Assembly (NCBI GenBank): GCA_014239275.1
Contig: JAAZZF010000100.1
Location: 733 to 64,732, forward strand
Direction of reading: 5' to 3'
Source of the DNA: Flavobacteriaceae bacterium
GTDB taxonomy: Bacteria > Bacteroidota > Bacteroidia > Flavobacteriales > Flavobacteriaceae
DNA: 64,000 nucleotides
Made by a program: the position numbers and the translations under genes. The notes beneath the pieces were generated by a model that made no database searches, had not been told where the DNA came from, and saw only the letters and a list, made by a program, of their open reading frames with translations. Every line of letters begins with the position of its first letter. Within the stretch, counting starts at the first letter, position 1. Below are positions 61,208 through 64,000 of the stretch, one piece after another.

Positions 61208-62443
61208 TTAATTTCTTTTATACTCTGATATTCTAAAATTTAATTTTTTCAAAGCTTTCCAATAAGTAGGAAAAGACTTAGAAACAACCATTGGATCATT
61301 AATTATAATAGGTTTTATGATTCCTAGAGGAGCAAATGCCATTGCCATTCTATGATCTTCATATGTATCTATACAAATATTAACGTTAAATTCTTTTGAT
61401 TTTTTTAAATGTAAACTGTCATTAGTTATTAGAACATTACCACCCAATTTAACTAATTCTTTCTCTAAAGCTAATAATCTATCTGTTTCTTTTATTTTGA
61501 GAGTTTGTAATCCATATAAATCACATTGCAAACCTAATCCAAAACAAGAAACAGCTATAGTTTGGGCTAAATCTGGATTATCATTTAAATCTAATATAAC
61601 TTTTTTGGGAAGTTTATGATTTTTATCCTTTTTTAAGCATAGAGTATTCTTCTCAAAAGAGCTAATGACTCCCAAATTTTTATAAATCTCAATTAATTTT
61701 ATATCACCTTGAATAGAATTAGAATAATAATTCCCTATTCTTAAAGTTGAATTTGTTGATAATGCAACTATACTATAAAAATAAGATAATGAACTCCAAT
61801 CAGATTCAATTTTATAAAGAATAGGATTTAGACTCTGAATGGGATCTACAATAATCTTATTATTTACAAAAGAAGTTTGTACTCCAATTTTTTCTAACAA
61901 AGCTAAAGTCATTTTTAAATAGGGTTTGGAAGTAATTTTGCCTTTTAAATAAACTTCTAATCCCTTTTTTAAAGATGGAGCTATTAAAAGTAGTGCTGAT
62001 ATATATTGACTACTAATATTAGAATCTAAAGAAACACGAAACTTGTTTATTTTTTTTCCAATTATTTTTATGGGAGGAAATCCTGTTTTATTAATGTAAC
62101 TAATATCTGCCCCAAGATAATTAAGAGCATCAACCAATACTTTTATTGGTCTATTATGCATCCTTTCAGAACCTGAAATTTCATGATATTTATTTTCCTG
62201 AGTAGAAAAAAAAGCAATTAAAAAACGCATCGCAGTTCCTGCATGATGAACATCTATCTTCTCAGGTGGTTCTCTCAAAATATTTTTTAAAATATTTGTA
62301 TCATCAGAATCTGACAAATTTTCAATTTCAATATTTTTGAAAAGATGTTTTAAAATAAGTAATCTATTAGACTCACTTTTTGAACCAGAAATATTAAAAG
62401 AAGTTTTAATTTCATTATTTGAATGTTCAATTAAAAACGCCAT
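61208..62443 (-). CDS. aroA: 3-phosphoshikimate 1-carboxyvinyltransferase (EPSP synthase)
   Basis: 411 aa. GSKSESNRLLIL, HHAGTAMRF, NDNPDLAQT, DHRMAMAFAPL. Confidence 0.93.
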   Translation of the reverse strand: MAFLIEHSNNEIKTSFNISGSKSESNRLLILKHLFKNIEIENLSDSDDTNILKNILREPPEKIDVHHAGTAMRFLIAFFSTQENKYHEISGSERMHNRPIKVLVDALNYLGADISYINKTGFPPIKIIGKKINKFRVSLDSNISSQYISALLLIAPSLKKGLEVYLKGKITSKPYLKMTLALLEKIGVQTSFVNNKIIVDPIQSLNPILYKIESDWSSLSYFYSIVALSTNSTLRIGNYYSNSIQGDIKLIEIYKNLGVISSFEKNTLCLKKDKNHKLPKKVILDLNDNPDLAQTIAVSCFGLGLQCDLYGLQTLKIKETDRLLALEKELVKLGGNVLITNDSLHLKKSKEFNVNICIDTYEDHRMAMAFAPLGIIKPIIINDPMVVSKSFPTYWKALKKLNFRISEYKRN

Positions 62444-62445
62444 TT

Positions 62446-62775
62446 CTATTTTTTTAATTTTGAATTGTTTTGGTGTCTTAGGTGATCTCTTTTTGTTTTA
62501 AATTTTAATTTATCGTTAAAGGCTTTTTCTAAATCACACCCTGTTTGATTTGCCAAACATAATACTACAAATAAAACATCTGATAATTCCTCAGCTAAAT
62601 CTTTATTTTGATCTGATTCTTTTTCTGATTGTTCTCCATATCTTCTTGATATTATCCTTGCTACTTCTCCAACTTCTTCGGAAAGTTGAGCCATATTAGT
62701 AAGAGGATTAAAATAACGTACTCCGTGTTCTTTTATCCAAACATCCACTTTCTTTTGTATTTTTTTTAATTCCAT
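62446..62775 (-). CDS. MazG-like nucleotide pyrophosphohydrolase
   Basis: 109 aa. LSEEVGEVARII and EELSDVLFVVLCLAN, the EExxE/D metal motifs of the all-alpha NTP-PPase fold. Confidence 0.8.
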   Translation of the reverse strand: MELKKIQKKVDVWIKEHGVRYFNPLTNMAQLSEEVGEVARIISRRYGEQSEKESDQNKDLAEELSDVLFVVLCLANQTGCDLEKAFNDKLKFKTKRDHLRHQNNSKLKK

Positions 62776-62781
62776 AATTTT

Positions 62782-63234
62782 TTATTCTTTATTTTTTGAG
62801 TCAATAAAAATAGTTACTGGACCATCATTTTCAATTTTAACTAACATATCTGCTCCAAAAATTCCCGATCCTGGTTTTTTGTTAATATTTTTTTCAACTG
62901 AAGTTAAAAATTTACTGTACATTTTTTTAGCATATTCAGATTTAGCAGCTTTTATATAAGATGGCCTATTACCTTTTTTAGTTAAAGCATGTAGGGTAAA
63001 TTGACTTATAATGATAATATCACCATTAACATCAATAATTGATTTATTCATTACATTACTATTATCATCAAAAATTCTCAATTGTGAGATTTTATTAGCC
63101 AACCATTCTATATCGGTTTCATTATCCTCATTTTCAATTCCTAGCAGAACTACCATACCTTCTTTAATAGAAGATACTATAGAACTTTCCACTTCAACAC
63201 TAGCTTTTTTAACTCTTTGAATAATTACTCTCAT
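62782..63234 (-). CDS. dtd: D-aminoacyl-tRNA deacylase
   Basis: 150 aa. MRVIIQRV, ISQFTL, NDGPVT. Confidence 0.95.
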   Translation of the reverse strand: MRVIIQRVKKASVEVESSIVSSIKEGMVVLLGIENEDNETDIEWLANKISQLRIFDDNSNVMNKSIIDVNGDIIIISQFTLHALTKKGNRPSYIKAAKSEYAKKMYSKFLTSVEKNINKKPGSGIFGADMLVKIENDGPVTIFIDSKNKE

Positions 63235-63235
63235 T

Positions 63236-64000
63236 TTACCTGTTATCTGTTCTGAAGCTTTTATCCTCGTTAATTAATAAACTTCGATAGCTTTTATATC
63301 TTGATTCAGAAATCACACCATTAACCACTGCTTCCTTTACAGCACAATTTGGTTCGTTTTCATGAAGACAGTTATTAAATTTACAATCATCTTTTAATAA
63401 TATAAATTCTGAAAAATATCCTCCTAACTCACTTTTTTCAATATCAATTAATCCAAAACCTTTGATTCCAGGACTATCTATAATTCTAGCTCCAAAATTT
63501 AGATCATACATTTCTGCATAAGTTGTTGTATGTTGTCCTTTTTCATTTTGTTTAGAAACCTTAGCAGTTTTAATATTTAAGCTTGGATCTAATAAATTTA
63601 CTAAACTAGATTTCCCAACTCCACTATGACCTGTAAAAATGGAAATTTTATCTTTCATTATTTCAATTATATTATTAATATTAATTTCTTTTAAAACTGA
63701 AATATTCAAGCATTTGTATCCAATTTTTGAATATATATCTCTTAAATTATCAATATATTTTATATCATTTTTAGAATATATATCTGTTTTATTGAATAAA
63801 ATAATGGTATCAATTCCAAAAGATTTAGTAGCAATTAAAATTCTATCTATAAATATCGATGATGTTATTGGGTTACTAGGTGTAACAAATAAAAAACAAC
63901 AATCGATATTGGAAGCAATAATATGAGAAAATTTTGACAGGTTAACAGATTTCCTAATAATATAATTCTTTCTATTTTCAATCCTATTTATAATGCCAGT
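63236..64000 (-). CDS. rsgA: Ribosome small-subunit-dependent GTPase A (5' end beyond the right edge)
   Basis: GHSGVGKSSLVN, DSPG and Zn motif CKFNNCLHENEPNC. The track ORF (63236-63709) starts at an internal TTG. I translated 63710-64000 in the same frame and found no stop. That stretch contains the upstream RsgA motifs (IIASNIDCCFLFV, ILFNKTDI), so the CDS runs off the window. Confidence 0.9.
   Translation of the reverse strand, partial: TGIINRIENRKNYIIRKSVNLSKFSHIIASNIDCCFLFVTPSNPITSSIFIDRILIATKSFGIDTIILFNKTDIYSKNDIKYIDNLRDIYSKIGYKCLNISVLKEININNIIEIMKDKISIFTGHSGVGKSSLVNLLDPSLNIKTAKVSKQNEKGQHTTTYAEMYDLNFGARIIDSPGIKGFGLIDIEKSELGGYFSEFILLKDDCKFNNCLHENEPNCAVKEAVVNGVISESRYKSYRSLLINEDKSFRTDNR

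Noticed and set aside
1-64000. A search for CRISPR arrays, IS elements or transposases, integrases, toxin-antitoxin pairs, restriction or defence genes, rRNA and riboswitches.
   Set aside because: None was seen. The spacers longer than 100 nt (187-359, 12174-12329, 20408-20525, 52293-52503), together with the 100-nt spacer at 36650-36749, are explained by two tRNAs and divergent promoter regions. I noticed no repeated spacer-repeat structure on reading the sequence.

Overview
Verdict first: I see no mobile elements, CRISPR array, rRNA, defence-type genes or orphan gene cluster, and no convincing undescribed system. Every ORF of real length has a recognisable housekeeping or envelope role. The best second-look items are regulatory or architectural: a perfect 3 x 10-bp candidate MraZ operator, a possible S15-responsive rpsO leader, a small exported glycan/phosphoester cassette, and overlapping convergent gene ends.

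The window is very AT-rich (roughly 30% G+C by eye, not computed) and extremely gene-dense, with many 1-20 nt gene overlaps. Gene content and synteny fit a genome-streamlined member of the Flavobacteriia (Bacteroidota).

Contents from left to right:
- tRNA-Gly, then a GNAT / M15 peptidase pair, gpmI, map and neighbours.
- The complete Na+-translocating NADH:quinone oxidoreductase operon nqrABCDEF, followed by its flavin transferase apbE.
- A DUF5103 (T9SS plug-like) gene, apaG, pruA, rsmG, an aminotransferase and trkAH.
- A porT-like gene, a SpoU methylase gene and a tamL-like Omp85 gene.
- fbaA, accD, rpsO-pnp, rpoD-rpe and anmK.
- Four exported carbohydrate/phosphoester enzymes: DUF1080, a DUF4091/GH123-like protein, a PHP phosphoesterase and galM.
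- tRNA-Arg and yqeY, then a complete 13-gene dcw cluster (mraZ-rsmH-ftsL-ftsI-murE-mraY-murD-ftsW-murG-murC-ftsQ-ftsA-ftsZ).
- An alpha/beta hydrolase, engB, gldB-gldC, nadE and dnaG.
- A polyprenyl synthase gene, rlmN, queA, aroA, a mazG-like gene, dtd and the 3' two-thirds of rsgA.

All protein calls rest on motifs I recognise by eye in the supplied translations. No database search was run.
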